DNA of 16,068 nt from positions 1 through 16,068 of the forward strand of contig JBDRHP010000086.1 in the NCBI GenBank assembly GCA_043816785.1, given 5' to 3'. Source of the DNA: Candidatus Margulisiibacteriota bacterium (lineage in GTDB: Bacteria; Margulisbacteria; WOR-1; O2-12-FULL-45-9). Both the position numbers and the translations under genes were made by a program. Position 1 is the first letter of the stretch. Every line of letters starts with the position of its first letter. This document shows, piece by piece, positions 14,850 through 16,068 of this stretch. The notes under the pieces are model-generated. The model made no database searches. It was not told the DNA's origin and saw only the letters and a list, made by a program, of their open reading frames with translations.

Positions 14850-15239
14850 ATGGTAAATGTAGGACAGCAGTTAGAAGTTTATAAATGCGGGGTTTGTGGC
14901 AATATTGTTGAGGTTGTCCATGTTGGTGGCGGGGAACTGGTTTGTTGTGACCAGCCGATGATATTGCAGAAGGAAAACACCGTTGACGCGGCAAAAGAGA
15001 AGCATGTCCCGGTTATTGAAAAGAACGATAAGGGGATTTTGGTTAAGGTCGGAACTGTGGCTCATCCCATGGAAGATAAACATTATATTGAATGGATAGA
15101 AGTTATTTCTGACGGCAGGTCCTGTAGAAAGTTCCTTAAACCAGGCCAGAAGCCTGAAGCCCATTTTGGCGCGAAATCAGCGGATATCATCGTTAGGGCA
15201 TACTGCAATCTCCACGGGTTATGGATGGTCAAGGCTTAA
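14850..15239 (+). CDS. dfx: Desulfoferrodoxin (2Fe superoxide reductase)
   Basis: [24 protein letters not shown] desulforedoxin domain; [17 protein letters not shown] and AYCNLHGLW. Confidence 0.96.
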   Translation: MVNVGQQLEVYKCGVCGNIVEVVHVGGGELVCCDQPMILQKENTVDAAKEKHVPVIEKNDKGILVKVGTVAHPMEDKHYIEWIEVISDGRSCRKFLKPGQKPEAHFGAKSADIIVRAYCNLHGLWMVKA

Positions 15240-15244
15240 ATGTT

Positions 15245-15409
15245 ATGAATCAAAAGTATGAATGTCTAATTTGCGGTTATATTTATGATCCGGAGAAAGG
15301 GGATCCTGATTCTGGTGTTGCACCAGGAATGGCTTTTGAGGCAATTCCTGACACCTGGGTCTGTCCGATCTGCGGGGCGGCTAAGGACCAGTTTGAAAAG
15401 GTGGGCTAA
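15245..15409 (+). CDS. Rubredoxin
   Basis: [41 protein letters not shown]; 54 aa from ATG 15245. Confidence 0.96.
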   Translation: MNQKYECLICGYIYDPEKGDPDSGVAPGMAFEAIPDTWVCPICGAAKDQFEKVG

Positions 15410-15424
15410 GGAAAGGAGAAAACA

Positions 15425-16003
15425 ATGGTAAAAAGTTTAAAGGGATCTAAAACAGAGAAAAATCTTCTGGCGTCTTTTGCCGGGGAGTCCCAGGCCAGGA
15501 ACCGCTACACCTATTTTGCCAGCGTGGCTAAGAAAGCCGGCTATGAACAGATAGCGGCGATCTTTTTGGAGACAGCGGAGAATGAGAAGGAGCATGCTAA
15601 GCGCTTTTTCAATTTACTGGAGGGTGGGGATGTTGCAATAACCGCTTCTTATCCAGCCGGGGTGGTCGGCACGACTGAAGAAAATCTTCTTGAAGCAGCC
15701 AATGGCGAAAAGCTGGAGTGGTCCAAGCTCTATCTGGATGCGGAAAATGCTGCGCGGGAGGAGGGGTTTGAAGAGATCGCTGTCCAATTCAAGGAGATCG
15801 CTGAGGTTGAGGAAGAGCATGAGAAAAGATATCGTAAGCTCCTGCAAAATTTGAAGGAAAAAACTGTTTTCAAAAAGGATAAGGTTGTTAAATGGAAGTG
15901 CCGCAATTGCGGTTATGTGCACGAAGGCAAGGAAGCTCCGGATAAGTGTCCGGCCTGTGACCACCCAACGGCATATTACGAGCTGTTAGCTGAAAATTAC
16001 TAA
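15425..16003 (+). CDS. rbr: Rubrerythrin
   Basis: LKGSKTEKNLLASFAGESQARNRYTYFA, NEKEHAK, GEKLE and EEEHEKRY; C-terminal WKCRNCGY...CPACDHP. Confidence 0.97.
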   Translation: MVKSLKGSKTEKNLLASFAGESQARNRYTYFASVAKKAGYEQIAAIFLETAENEKEHAKRFFNLLEGGDVAITASYPAGVVGTTEENLLEAANGEKLEWSKLYLDAENAAREEGFEEIAVQFKEIAEVEEEHEKRYRKLLQNLKEKTVFKKDKVVKWKCRNCGYVHEGKEAPDKCPACDHPTAYYELLAENY

Positions 16004-16068
16004 TGGCCAAGCAGAAAATTCTATTTGCTTGTATCGGCAACTGCTGCCGTTCTCAGATGGCTGAGGGT
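16003..16068 (+). CDS. arsC: Arsenate reductase, LMW-PTP family; partial, 5' end only
   Basis: Not in the ORF track; TAATG coupling to rbr. MAKQKILFACIGNCCRSQMAEG contains the CX5R P-loop with the CRSQMAEG signature. Confidence 0.82.
   Translation, partial: MAKQKILFACIGNCCRSQMAEG

Noticed and set aside
6264..15244. Longer starts given by the ORF track (6264, 7995, 10238, 10404, 12037, 12381, 13326, 14782, 15221)
   Set aside because: The extensions run through promoters, repeats or neighbouring genes; downstream ATGs fit SD positions or family N-termini better.
623..15964. Numerous short antisense or alternate-frame ORFs in the track (e.g. 2154-2372, 7400-7750, 8176-8556, 9336-9752, 11409-11741, 11847-12293, 15614-15964)
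   Set aside because: They lie wholly or mostly over well-supported genes and show no family motifs; treated as shadow ORFs.

Overview
Compact, gene-dense chromosomal window from an anaerobic bacterium, with no transposase, integrase, CRISPR array, tRNA or rRNA. In order: (1) a partial Zn-ribbon SAM methyltransferase (-) and a signal-peptide DUF362 protein; (2) a minus-strand trio of two small orphans plus a compact FliA/sigma28-like sigma factor, divergent from a 295-aa orphan, with both directions carrying the same CTGAAATT-N14-ACGA(T/A)A promoter-like motif; (3) a TPP riboswitch in front of thiG-thiH-thiE; (4) an IscS/NifS-like gene, dsrE2-like, tusA and a ZIP transporter; (5) GNAT and DUF2156 (-), then GerMN and an AlkD-like gene; (6) an oxidative/iron stress cluster of Rrf2 regulator, small NrdD C-terminal-like protein, thioredoxin reductase, ferritin-VIT1 fusion, ferritin-like protein, desulfoferrodoxin, rubredoxin, rubrerythrin and the start of arsC. 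Best leads: (a) a 98-aa stand-alone class III ribonucleotide reductase glycyl-radical tail behind an Fe-S Rrf2 regulator, a candidate GrcA-like 'spare part' for oxygen-cleaved NrdD; (b) an IscS homologue lacking both the PLP Schiff-base Lys and the substrate-binding Arg but keeping the persulfide Cys, next to DsrE2/TusA; (c) an apparently self-regulating sigma28-like module driving orphans; (d) REP-like palindromes, one inside the riboswitch. All family calls come from motif recognition by eye; no searches were run.
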